Shown here: positions 16,745 to 25,162 of the stretch, one piece after another
How positions within the stretch are numbered: the stretch's first letter is position 1
Layout of the letters: the number at the start of each line of letters is the position of its first letter
Origin: Candidatus Methanoperedens sp.
GTDB lineage: Archaea; Halobacteriota; Methanosarcinia; Methanosarcinales; Methanoperedenaceae
DNA: 32,000 nucleotides
Reading direction: 5' to 3'
Assembly (NCBI GenBank): GCA_041494705.1
Contig: JBGQBI010000003.1
Span: 1-32,000, forward strand
Notes under the pieces: generated by a model
The model's database searches: none
What the model was told of the DNA's origin: nothing
The model's input: the letters and a program-made list of their open reading frames with translations, nothing else
Made by a program: the position numbers and the translations under genes

Positions 16745-16942
16745 TTATTTTAGCTTAATCTCAGTAATAGTATAAAGGGGTATTTATTTGACCTATTTTG
16801 CATAGGCAAATCCTGAGACGATTACAAAATCTATTTATCAATCCCGAAAGAAGAAAAAACTACAGGTATGGAGATAGGTATAAATATGCATAAAATTAAC
16901 ATTATAATCACTGGAGGACACGTTATAAAGGAGGCCAGAATT

Positions 16943-17110
16943 ATGTGCAGCACATATACGCCGTTTGAAATAAAGCCGGAAGAACTGGCAGAGATAGGAA
17001 GAACATACGGGATGTACTGGTGCATGTCATGCAAGAAGACTTTCCTGAAAAAAGGAGCAATTGAATGCCCGAACTGCGGCTCAAAGAAAATAAAACCGAG
17101 AGCGCCATAA
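16943..17110 (+). CDS. Small zinc-ribbon protein (55 aa), hypothetical
   Basis: AAGGAGG lies 6 nt upstream of ATG 16943 (the ORF-track start at 16868 is upstream of this RBS). The CMSC...CPNC pair forms a Zn-ribbon signature. Confidence 0.45.
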   Translation: MCSTYTPFEIKPEELAEIGRTYGMYWCMSCKKTFLKKGAIECPNCGSKKIKPRAP

Positions 17111-17116
17111 AAACTA

Positions 17117-19330
17117 TCAGGTAACTCTTACAATATTCTTTTCAATCAACCCATTCAAAAAGTTTTTGCACTTTAGTTCAGCTTCGCTGTAATGCATCCG
17201 GTACTTTTCTTTGAGTTTGTTTATTATATCGGATAAATTAGCTCTGCCGCTGCAATTGTCCAGAATATCCCTTGCAAAATCAGTGATGGTAAAAATCCTG
17301 TTATTATTAGTGTCAAATAGTACATTTGTCCGTTCCTTTTGCAGGTCCTCCTTTAAAAGAATTCCTTCCATCATGGCATGATGTATTAGCGCCCAATTGA
17401 AGTTAAACGGTCCAACAAAAACCCCTTCGTTAAGTATCGGGTAAATCTTATTATTATTTAAGGGGGTTGCCGCGGGTCTATTAATTGTGTGCTTTTTGTA
17501 TATTTTATCAGTAAGTTCAGATAGCTCCGGGACTTTCTTTCTGGAACCCTTGTAGTGGGAGATGTAAAGGAAAAGATGTTCCCTGTCAAGATTGCTCCAT
17601 ATCGGGAAATCCCGGTACTGTAGCGATAGCTTATAGTAGAATTCCTGTATCAGTTCATCCGTTTCCTTTTTCGACATACCTCTGGCGGTTTCATGCTCGT
17701 ACCAGAGCGACAGGTCTGTGCCATCATCCTGGGATATTTTACTGATGTCAAACGATGCGGGGTTTTCGAAAACTCTTGAATGTTTGGTAAGCTGGAAACT
17801 GCCAAAGGACATTGAACTGATTATATTCCTATTTTGCAGGATAAAATCAATAGTCTCCTCTGCTTCATCAGGCGTCTCTGTAGGAAATCCGAATATCAAA
17901 AAGAGGTGCGTCCATATACCCGCATCATTGCTGTATTTACAGATATTCAGGACATTTTCTTTTTTTATCCCCTTATCCATGCACGTCAGAATCCTGTCAT
18001 TGGCCGACTCCAGTCCAAAATACAGCATCTTACATCCTGCCTCAGCAATCTTATTACTGAGTTCAGCAGAAAATGCAGGCTCAAACCTTGAATCAGCCAG
18101 CCACGATATATCAAGACCGTGTTCTATTATCTTGTCTGATAAAGCGCCAATCAATTTTGGGGATACACCTTCATCCTGAAACGTGAAAAATCCTGTTTTA
18201 TATTTTTCCTTTAAGGTTTCAAGATCATTATATAATAGCTCAATATCCCTGGGTCTGTAATTCCCGGAATAACCATAGCTGTGGTCGCAAAACGTACAGC
18301 GTCTCCAGTAACATCCTCTCGATGAAAGAACAGGAAGGATGAGCTCAGGCGATAGATACCTGTCAAGAGGTAAATCATCAAAGCATGGTGTCGGTAATGA
18401 GTTAATATCTTCTCCTTCTGAATTGATCCTGTTTACCCTGATTTCCGAGCCCTTTTTATATATGAGATTCTGAACGTCTTTTATGTCAAGTTCATTATTT
18501 AAATGTTTAATCAGGTTCATTAAGGCAGTTTCACCCTCATGTACAATCACGCTGTCAAAGAGTGAGAATAGCTCATTATTCTGGCGTATCTCCTTGATAA
18601 GGCGTGTGAAAACGCTGCCTCCGATGTTAATATGCACATTCCCGCTGGCTTTTTTAATTAAATTTGCCAGGGTTAATCCCGGGATTAACTGGCTTGTATT
18701 GATTATCGAGATTCCTATTAGCCCGGGTTCGTTCTTCAGGACTTCTGGAACTATGTTTTTCTCGAAATAATCAATAAAAAGATTTTCTTCCCTGTCATTT
18801 ATGGCAGAAAGAACATCCCTACTTCCGCGGCATGAATAGCGCATATAATAATCATTAAAAGTCAGATTTGTAGGATAATAAGCTGATGAAGCAAGCTTAA
18901 GCCCAAGCTTAAGTATCTTAAAAGCGCTGAAATGTTCTTCATAATCGTAAAAATCTTCTTTATTTCTCAGAATTTTTTTTGCACTATCTATCTCTTCAAG
19001 GATGTATTCGCCATAAAGTATAGAACTACCCAATGCATGATACTGTTTTTGAAGGTCATGCGGTAATTCTTTTTTGGAATCAAGCTCCTGGAATTTCGAA
19101 TAAGCCCTCTCATAGAAAGGAGAAAGCCCCTTTTTACTCAATATCTCGTCATAGAAGGATACATTAATATCCATCTGCTCCACGTCACAGCCATTGGCTT
19201 TCAGGAAAGCGGTTAGAGAGGGAAGACTCAAATAAGGCTGGGTTGGAATCCATTGCGGCGGGAATAATAATTTTGTAAGCATATTTTTTAGTTTGAATAA
19301 GGTACAATTCCAATAAAACTTTTGGTTCAC
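17117..19330 (-). CDS. B12-binding-domain radical SAM protein with C-terminal PqqD-like (RRE) domain
   Basis: N-terminus LLFPPQWIPTQPYLSLPSLTAFLKANGCDV...GLIGISIINTSQ...INIGGS. Cluster motif SSRGCYWRRCTFCDH (CX4CX2C). C-terminus VLFDTNNNRIFTITDFARDILDNCSGRANLSDIINKLKEKY...FLNGLIEKNIV. A likely alternative start is ATG 19282 (MLTKLLFPP). Confidence 0.85.
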   Translation of the reverse strand: MNQKFYWNCTLFKLKNMLTKLLFPPQWIPTQPYLSLPSLTAFLKANGCDVEQMDINVSFYDEILSKKGLSPFYERAYSKFQELDSKKELPHDLQKQYHALGSSILYGEYILEEIDSAKKILRNKEDFYDYEEHFSAFKILKLGLKLASSAYYPTNLTFNDYYMRYSCRGSRDVLSAINDREENLFIDYFEKNIVPEVLKNEPGLIGISIINTSQLIPGLTLANLIKKASGNVHINIGGSVFTRLIKEIRQNNELFSLFDSVIVHEGETALMNLIKHLNNELDIKDVQNLIYKKGSEIRVNRINSEGEDINSLPTPCFDDLPLDRYLSPELILPVLSSRGCYWRRCTFCDHSYGYSGNYRPRDIELLYNDLETLKEKYKTGFFTFQDEGVSPKLIGALSDKIIEHGLDISWLADSRFEPAFSAELSNKIAEAGCKMLYFGLESANDRILTCMDKGIKKENVLNICKYSNDAGIWTHLFLIFGFPTETPDEAEETIDFILQNRNIISSMSFGSFQLTKHSRVFENPASFDISKISQDDGTDLSLWYEHETARGMSKKETDELIQEFYYKLSLQYRDFPIWSNLDREHLFLYISHYKGSRKKVPELSELTDKIYKKHTINRPAATPLNNNKIYPILNEGVFVGPFNFNWALIHHAMMEGILLKEDLQKERTNVLFDTNNNRIFTITDFARDILDNCSGRANLSDIINKLKEKYRMHYSEAELKCKNFLNGLIEKNIVRVT

Positions 19331-19373
19331 CTACCACAAACTTTATGTGAGATAATTGTGATTCATGTCATAA

Positions 19374-19688
19374 GTGATTTTCGTGGCAGATACTAAATCT
19401 AAATATGTAGGCGATGAATTTGTTGAAGAGGAAAATATTGCGGATGAGAAAGGAACTGAACTTCAGGGCCTGTATGACCTTGTTTTACCACCGGGAGTTC
19501 CTCAAAGATTGATTATGGAGGCTATGGAAAAATTTAATTTAGAAGTTATCGTCCGCAAATGTGCGCTCAAAACCATCGAAGTTGAAACTGATAATCTTCT
19601 GGTATTACGGGGGGAACTTGATGCGGTAAATAATGCGCATGATTATATTTTTCAAAAAATGAGTAAAAAGTATAATTATAAGAAATAA
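19374..19688 (+). CDS. Hypothetical acidic protein (104 aa, GTG start), divergent from the radical SAM gene
   Basis: The ORF is open from GTG 19374 and has no recognisable family. A T9 tract follows the stop. Coding status is inferred from ORF length and position only. Confidence 0.45.
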   Translation: MIFVADTKSKYVGDEFVEEENIADEKGTELQGLYDLVLPPGVPQRLIMEAMEKFNLEVIVRKCALKTIEVETDNLLVLRGELDAVNNAHDYIFQKMSKKYNYKK

Positions 19689-19730
19689 TTACTTTTTTTT
19701 TCTAAAAAACCGATATTAATACAGATAAAG

Positions 19731-19750
19731 ATAGGGGAAGAACCCCCTAT
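19731..19750. terminator. Hairpin between convergent genes (possible bidirectional terminator)
   Basis: atagggg (19731-19737) pairs with cccctat (19744-19750), with a 6-nt loop. It is preceded by a T9 run at 19693-19701. Confidence 0.4.
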
Positions 19751-19762
19751 TTCTCTATAATC

Positions 19763-20011
19763 TTAAAACAGGCGCTCTTTACCAATAGGTCTTGTAGCTC
19801 CGGTTCCTCCGCAATTTGTGCATGGTATGTCATGCATTAAATAACCTCTTCCCTTGCACCACTGGCATTTCCGTGATGAGTCTACAACCTCTACTTTTCC
19901 TTTTCCGTCGCAGACAATACATGCCTTGCCAAAGTGTTTCCCTGTCCCATCACAATATGCACATTTCACTTCACCTGGTACTTTGGGTGTTCTTACTTTT
20001 GCTTCTGCCAT
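19763..20011 (-). CDS. Stand-alone DnaJ-type zinc-finger protein (four CXXCXGXG repeats)
   Basis: 82 aa containing CAYCDGTG, CIVCDGKG, CQWCKGRG and CTNCGGTG. GGTGATG RBS about 9 nt upstream of the ATG. Confidence 0.7.
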   Translation of the reverse strand: MAEAKVRTPKVPGEVKCAYCDGTGKHFGKACIVCDGKGKVEVVDSSRKCQWCKGRGYLMHDIPCTNCGGTGATRPIGKERLF

Positions 20012-20073
20012 TTTAAATCACATCACCATAAATTTCAAACTATGCTATAAATTTTTCCATTTGATTTTCGTAT

Positions 20074-20110
20074 CTCAAAAAAATAAGAAAAGTAGGCATA
20101 TAGCCTACTT
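20074..20110 (-). terminator. mcr operon terminator: 8-bp hairpin plus T-tract after mcrA
   Basis: On the - strand, AAGTAGGC-tatat-GCCTACTT (20110-20090) is followed by TTCTTATTTTTTT. It begins 9 nt after the mcrA stop. Confidence 0.6.
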
Positions 20111-20118
20111 AACATTGT

Positions 20119-21819
20119 TTACTTTGCTGGGATAACGAATGCTCTCTCACCGGCGCAGCGGTCCCACTCTCTGAGTGCTGCCTTGCCGAATGCTCCTCTT
20201 GGGTCAGAGAAGTCAAAGTTGATCAAGTCATCTGCGAAGCAGGTCTTGACTAACGGATTGACACAGAACGCGTCCTTGCCAGCGTGAGCTGCTGCTACTA
20301 CTGAGGTGTATCCACCCTGGTGACCTACGTTCATTGCGTAGTTCGGGTAGTTAGCGCCTCTGCATTCGCCTATGCAGCCCTCGTCTGATGCAATTGAGAA
20401 CACGTTGGTTGCGCCGCACTGATCCTGCAGGTCATACCCGTAGAATCCGAGTCTGCCGTGTGCCTCTTTGTGGAGGTACATGGACAGGTACCATGCAGAG
20501 AGACCGGCCTGGCTGTGGCCTGTTGCCATAGCTGTTGCGCCGCCTGCTGCGATTGATACGACTGTTGCGCGCTGTGAACCACCGAAATGGTCTTCCAGTG
20601 TTGTCGGGTACTTCTCGTACTGCTCAAGACTGTACAGTGTTGTTTCTGTAGCGATGTCTTTTACTGTCTCGATTGTAGCCTTGGCCTTTCCATTTCCGCC
20701 GTATTTCTTTGATGCGTAGTCGTTGCCCCAGTACAGGAAGTCATCGACGATATCGTTGGTGTATGCTGGTGTTGCATACATTGTGAATCCGACGCCGCCT
20801 GACATGTAGCCACCGAGCCAGATCTGGTCATACAGCATTGTGGCCGCGCTTGCGGTCTGCAATACTACATTGACTGGATCTTTTGGTGTCTTCCTGTTAG
20901 TCTGGCAGATATCTGCCATATGACCGAAGGATAATCCTCCAGGTTCATTTGGGCCTCTTGCTCTGCGAGCTGGGATCATATCACCCATTTCGACAAGTCC
21001 AGCGTGTTTGGCTGTGAATGCAAGTTCACCGACTGCTGCTTCACCGGCGCACATATGATATGCGCTGATAAAGGTCATACCGACCTGCATTGCCATCCAG
21101 CGGCTTGTGCCTGGTCCATCTTCAGTTCTTGTAACGATGGTTGGGATGTGCACTGCCTGCCAGGAAGTCTTGCCGACTGCAGCCTTGACCTGTTTTGCCT
21201 GGTCTGCTGGGAATTCGTTGTCAATGTTGATAACGAACTGCTTATCTACTTCATCCTGTAAGGTTTCGTCACCTGTGAATATTTTCACATAGCAGTCATC
21301 TACTAATGCCGGGTGTGTTTCGACCATGTGTTCCTGAACGATTGCTGCGCCAGGCATTGCGTGGTTTAAAACTTCCAGATAGTAGTTGATTGTCTCAGGT
21401 GTAACTTCCTTGCCCAATCTCTTCTCAAGAGTCTCATGTGCGAGGTCAAGACCTACGACGCATGTTCTCCTGATATCGTCCCATTCCTGCTGCATTGCTG
21501 CATTGTTGACGAAGTGAAGATCGTCACCATCGCATACGATATCTGTTCCAGATATTGTGTATGGGGTCAACTGTCTCTGACCCATGGGTATGCCAGCAAG
21601 GTGCAGTTTAGGATCATATGCCTGCAATCCTCTCTTCTTGGTGATTGCTGCTCCGCATTTTGCCATTTCGACCTTTCTTGGGTTCTGTGTATAGCCAAGT
21701 CTCAGGTATTTGGTCTTCTTATCGGTTATCTTTGCTTTTGCAGTGGAGCCGCATTTGTTTGATCCCCATTCTTTTGCGTACTTTGTTTCCATTGATTTCT
21801 TGAATCTTGGTTCTGCCAT
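20119..21819 (-). CDS. mcrA: Methyl-coenzyme M reductase subunit alpha (McrA)
   Basis: 566 aa collinear with Methanosarcinales McrA. Landmarks: [77 protein letters not shown]. Confidence 0.97.
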   Translation of the reverse strand: MAEPRFKKSMETKYAKEWGSNKCGSTAKAKITDKKTKYLRLGYTQNPRKVEMAKCGAAITKKRGLQAYDPKLHLAGIPMGQRQLTPYTISGTDIVCDGDDLHFVNNAAMQQEWDDIRRTCVVGLDLAHETLEKRLGKEVTPETINYYLEVLNHAMPGAAIVQEHMVETHPALVDDCYVKIFTGDETLQDEVDKQFVINIDNEFPADQAKQVKAAVGKTSWQAVHIPTIVTRTEDGPGTSRWMAMQVGMTFISAYHMCAGEAAVGELAFTAKHAGLVEMGDMIPARRARGPNEPGGLSFGHMADICQTNRKTPKDPVNVVLQTASAATMLYDQIWLGGYMSGGVGFTMYATPAYTNDIVDDFLYWGNDYASKKYGGNGKAKATIETVKDIATETTLYSLEQYEKYPTTLEDHFGGSQRATVVSIAAGGATAMATGHSQAGLSAWYLSMYLHKEAHGRLGFYGYDLQDQCGATNVFSIASDEGCIGECRGANYPNYAMNVGHQGGYTSVVAAAHAGKDAFCVNPLVKTCFADDLINFDFSDPRGAFGKAALREWDRCAGERAFVIPAK

Positions 21820-21829
21820 TTAGCTCACC

Positions 21830-22579
21830 TCACGCCTTTGGGACGAACCCATATTTGGTTCTTAATTCCCAGACTTTCTGAACATGTTCAACAACTTCCT
21901 TGTCGCTTCTGAAGGATACGTTGTCCACTCTATAGATAGTGGTTCTCTTGGCTGCTTCTGCTTCGCTCATTGGTTTGCCAAGGTTGACTTTTCTGTCAAT
22001 TGGGACGCCGACCTGGTCCTTGTCACTTACAATAACGCCGCCTTCCAGTCTGCGCCTGTCCAGCATATCGAACATTGTTCCATCTTCCTGCAATCTGAGG
22101 GAGTGACCGTGAACTGTACAGCCTCTAAGACCTGCAAGACCCCAGTCAGTCATTTCGGTCTCTGCCTGTCTCTTGGTGTACTCTTCCATATCTCTCTCTC
22201 TCATTTCGTTGACCTGTCTGCCTGACAGTGTTCCTGGGTCAACTCCTCTGAAATTGATTGCTGCATGGTACGATCTCCAGTATGGTGTTGACGGAGCATT
22301 GTACATGGAGTCAGAGAACTGTGAATATCTGACTCTGTCTCCAGCTGCTGCGCCTGGTGTTGGTGTAACAACTTCTCTTACGGAGCATTCTGGTTCGCCC
22401 ATCTCTGAAAGTGGTGGATGTGTGCTGGGATAATCCGAACCGGGTGCTCTGTGACCCAGTAATGCTGTTAAGTCCTCATCGGAAATATCACGCAGTTTCT
22501 CTACGTCATCAGACATGTGTTTTCTTCTATTCTTAGCAACTGAGGTATTGCCAGGATAATATTGTGGTTTGTATGCCAT
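21830..22579 (-). CDS. mcrG: Methyl-coenzyme M reductase subunit gamma (McrG)
   Basis: GHRAPGSDYPSTHPPLSEMGEPEC, AINFRGVDPGTLSGRQ, HGHSLRLQEDGTMFDMLDRRRLEGG. Confidence 0.95.
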   Translation of the reverse strand: MAYKPQYYPGNTSVAKNRRKHMSDDVEKLRDISDEDLTALLGHRAPGSDYPSTHPPLSEMGEPECSVREVVTPTPGAAAGDRVRYSQFSDSMYNAPSTPYWRSYHAAINFRGVDPGTLSGRQVNEMRERDMEEYTKRQAETEMTDWGLAGLRGCTVHGHSLRLQEDGTMFDMLDRRRLEGGVIVSDKDQVGVPIDRKVNLGKPMSEAEAAKRTTIYRVDNVSFRSDKEVVEHVQKVWELRTKYGFVPKA

Positions 22580-22634
22580 ATTTTTTCCTCCTAATTAATT
22601 TGAATCGGTTCCTTCTGCTCTGTGATGGATAAAC

Positions 22635-23156
22635 TCATGATTTCTCCTCTGTTCCAATTACACAGAGGTTCGTTTCCGCTTTTGCATGCGGGTCCATTAG
22701 GCCGAGTATTCGTTCATCTTCAAGATTGATACTTTCATCAGTCTTGCTTTTGAACCCATACTTACCGTAATCTGTCAAAGTAGCTTTTTTCTTGATGAAG
22801 AATCCCTGTTTGAATTCAAAGGAAAAAGGTAACGCTCGCTCACACGCTTTTCTAAGTTCTTCCTTTGCTGTTTCATCCTCTATTTCGACAATTACCTCGC
22901 CAACCATGACATGCAATTCGAATGCACAATCTCCTACATGGATTATTTCCATGTTGGGGTGGTTAACATCCGTCCCGGTTCCAGGTCCGCATGTGACCTT
23001 CCTGGGAAGATTTTTACCAGCGATAAGCATTCGTATTACCCCTTTGACCTGATCAATCTCATTTAAGAGTTTTTCAGCAGTCGCAGGTTGTAATAATCTA
23101 CACGGAAATACTTTGATCTGGATCGGTTTACCCGGTATTGAAGCAGCTCTTACCAT
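22635..23156 (-). CDS. mcrD: Methyl-coenzyme M reductase operon protein D (McrD)
   Basis: 173 aa. IQIKVFPCRLLQPATAEKLLNEI...GPGTGTDVNHP...LPFSFEFKQGFFIKKKATLTDYGK matches the McrD pattern rather than the longer McrC. Confidence 0.85.
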   Translation of the reverse strand: MVRAASIPGKPIQIKVFPCRLLQPATAEKLLNEIDQVKGVIRMLIAGKNLPRKVTCGPGTGTDVNHPNMEIIHVGDCAFELHVMVGEVIVEIEDETAKEELRKACERALPFSFEFKQGFFIKKKATLTDYGKYGFKSKTDESINLEDERILGLMDPHAKAETNLCVIGTEEKS

Positions 23157-23169
23157 TCAATTCTCCGAT

Positions 23170-24474
23170 TTATACGGCTCCTGCTACTGCCTTGATTGGC
23201 TCTCTGAATTCATCTACTGAGCTGAAGACATCTCCTACTAATCCTGAGGTCTTCTCGGGGCTGTAGATCTGAACACCTGCGTCAAGAGCAACTGCTGCTG
23301 CTACGCATGGTACTGCCAGACCCTTTGAGTGCCTGGTAACGACGTGGTTGCCGTTGAAGACTCCTGGTCCACCGCCTCCATAAATGGAGTGTGAGAAGAA
23401 GGAGAATCCGACTGCTGCGCCCTGTACTTTACCGAAGTCACATCCTGGGAGTGAGGTTTCCTTCTCAATGAGGTCGTTGAAGTACAGCAATACTGCTGAT
23501 ACTGACTGTGGGGCTCTCATTGCACCGCAGTTGATGAGTGTTGCTACAAGTGTGCCTGCTGCACAATATGCATTCCACTTTCCGACATCATTGGTCTTGT
23601 ATGTAGTATAGCCAGATGCGAATTTCTTATCTGCACTGATTACCTTGTCTGCGATTGCCTTTTCGACAGTTGCATGGACTGCTGTACCGATTGTACCGGT
23701 CTTGCCCAATGCTTTTACTGTTCCATACACCATGTTGTTTGCATTTAAGCCCTGGTGTGAAAATGCCAGTAATCTGTGTCTTTCCTGGTTACCGATTGCG
23801 TCACCCATTTCGAATACGCCTGTATTCTCAAGGATTGAGCAGAGGGCGGCTGTGTTCATAGCGCTCTTCTTGCATGTTGCTGCAAGGTGGTTTGCCATGA
23901 CGTTTCTTAATGTATAGCCAAAGCCTTCATCTTTCTGTGGGATTTCGACGATTGACTTTACGTTTCCGCCTACCATATCAAGTGTCTGTGGGTACTGTCC
24001 CCATACTGCGGACTTGATGGTTGGTGCATCGAACATTCCAATGTTGAACTGGCTTATTATTGCCTGTGTTGTTGCTGATGCTGCGCAGGTTAATGATGAA
24101 ACATATTCTGCTGCTACATCTATTCTTGCGGATGGAACTTGAACGATTAACTGTTTTCCACCATTTAAGGCATTTACAACGGTGTCATCTCCGCTGTCTA
24201 CCTTTACCATATCGGCAACTGCGGCCTGTATTTTTCCAGCGTTCTTTACTATGTCCAATTTCATTTCTTTACCGGGAATCTTTCTGCCCTTGCCACCGAT
24301 TGCTGCGGTTGCTAAGGTTTTCTCGATTCCTGCTAAGTCAACGGCTGCTGTTCGCTTAATACCGGTGACTATTTTTTTGATAGCGGCATTTCTCATCGGG
24401 CTTATGTCGTTTATGTCGACGCCTGATTTGAGTTTTGCTCCTCTGTCGCTATATAGGTCTATTGTGTCAGCCAC
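23170..24474 (-). CDS. mcrB: Methyl-coenzyme M reductase subunit beta (McrB), GTG start
   Basis: MADTIDLYSDRG...RNAAIKKIV...; 434 aa. TAGGAGGT RBS 7 nt upstream of the GTG. Confidence 0.95.
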   Translation of the reverse strand: MADTIDLYSDRGAKLKSGVDINDISPMRNAAIKKIVTGIKRTAAVDLAGIEKTLATAAIGGKGRKIPGKEMKLDIVKNAGKIQAAVADMVKVDSGDDTVVNALNGGKQLIVQVPSARIDVAAEYVSSLTCAASATTQAIISQFNIGMFDAPTIKSAVWGQYPQTLDMVGGNVKSIVEIPQKDEGFGYTLRNVMANHLAATCKKSAMNTAALCSILENTGVFEMGDAIGNQERHRLLAFSHQGLNANNMVYGTVKALGKTGTIGTAVHATVEKAIADKVISADKKFASGYTTYKTNDVGKWNAYCAAGTLVATLINCGAMRAPQSVSAVLLYFNDLIEKETSLPGCDFGKVQGAAVGFSFFSHSIYGGGGPGVFNGNHVVTRHSKGLAVPCVAAAVALDAGVQIYSPEKTSGLVGDVFSSVDEFREPIKAVAGAV

Positions 24475-24703
24475 GTTTATTTACCTCCTAATTTTGTATT
24501 TCCAAGAAATTGCTCACCTGGAACCGATACAACAAACGAGCGACCACAACATGATAGAGTATAGAACCCAAAATAAGATAATTATGTTCTATTCATCCCA
24601 GCCATATTGTTTTTTATTGTATCGAACATCCATTACAATCCCTTGTACACCCTACCAATTCCTTTAAACTACTTAAAGCTTACGAATCGTTCATGATAAT
24701 ACA

Positions 24704-24716
24704 TTATAAAATAATT
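24704..24716 (-). promoter_or_regulatory. Candidate mcr promoter TATA box (TTTTATAA), implying a ~200-nt leader
   Basis: The - strand reads cacgaattatTTTATAAtg about 230 nt upstream of the mcrB GTG. No experimental anchor, and other AT-rich candidates exist in the spacer. Confidence 0.3.
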
Positions 24717-24768
24717 CGTGGCGACGAAGCATGTTTTTAATTAGCAAGTTGCTTCTTTTATTATATAT

Positions 24769-25077
24769 TTATCCGCCGCTTTCCACGCTAACATCACTCA
24801 TTTCAGCTTTACCAGCTTCTTTCTGTTTTTCCAATACTTCGTTGACTTCTTCACGAGTTAATATTTTCTCACCGAGCTCTTTCTCCTCAACGGGATTTAT
24901 TATTTTTAGAACCTCGGTTTTATAATATAGATTTGTCTTATCTACAAGAGCCCAGGTACCTTCTTCGTCAGAAACGATTTCAATTACATTGCCTTTCGTA
25001 CCTGTAGTGGTATACAGTACAAAACTTCCCACATGCAAAGGGTTTCCTGCCGAATCGGATACCTTTATTTCACTCAT
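24769..25077 (-). CDS. Small conserved-looking archaeal protein (possibly DUF2098-like), hypothetical
   Basis: 102 aa. The N-terminal half is beta-rich (HVGSFVLYTTTGTKGNVIEIVSDEEGTWALVDK) and the tail is charged. It lies directly upstream of mcrB on the same strand and divergent from mmp10. Confidence 0.6.
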   Translation of the reverse strand: MSEIKVSDSAGNPLHVGSFVLYTTTGTKGNVIEIVSDEEGTWALVDKTNLYYKTEVLKIINPVEEKELGEKILTREEVNEVLEKQKEAGKAEMSDVSVESGG

Positions 25078-25162
25078 CTATTCCTTTAGTTGTACTGATT
25101 ACTATTAATTATTACGGTCATAAGCAATAGGTTTAAATGACTTTCTTACATTTCATAAAGAC

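Noticed and set aside
20572-20574. I first read the Q-to-M change in GFTQYAT as loss of the 2-methylglutamine site of McrA, the position that is altered in ANME-1.
   Set aside because: Counting 45 residues upstream of the thioglycine (G461) places that site at Q416 in HFGGSQRAT, which is intact. The Q-to-M change is at the alpha332-equivalent position and is reported separately.
20119-24474. The mcr genes look visibly more GC-rich than the flanking DNA, which could suggest horizontal acquisition.
   Set aside because: The proteins are collinear with Methanosarcinales MCR. mmp10 and the other neighbours are typical companions. A strong codon bias in a very highly expressed operon explains the shift, and no mobile-element genes or repeats border the region.
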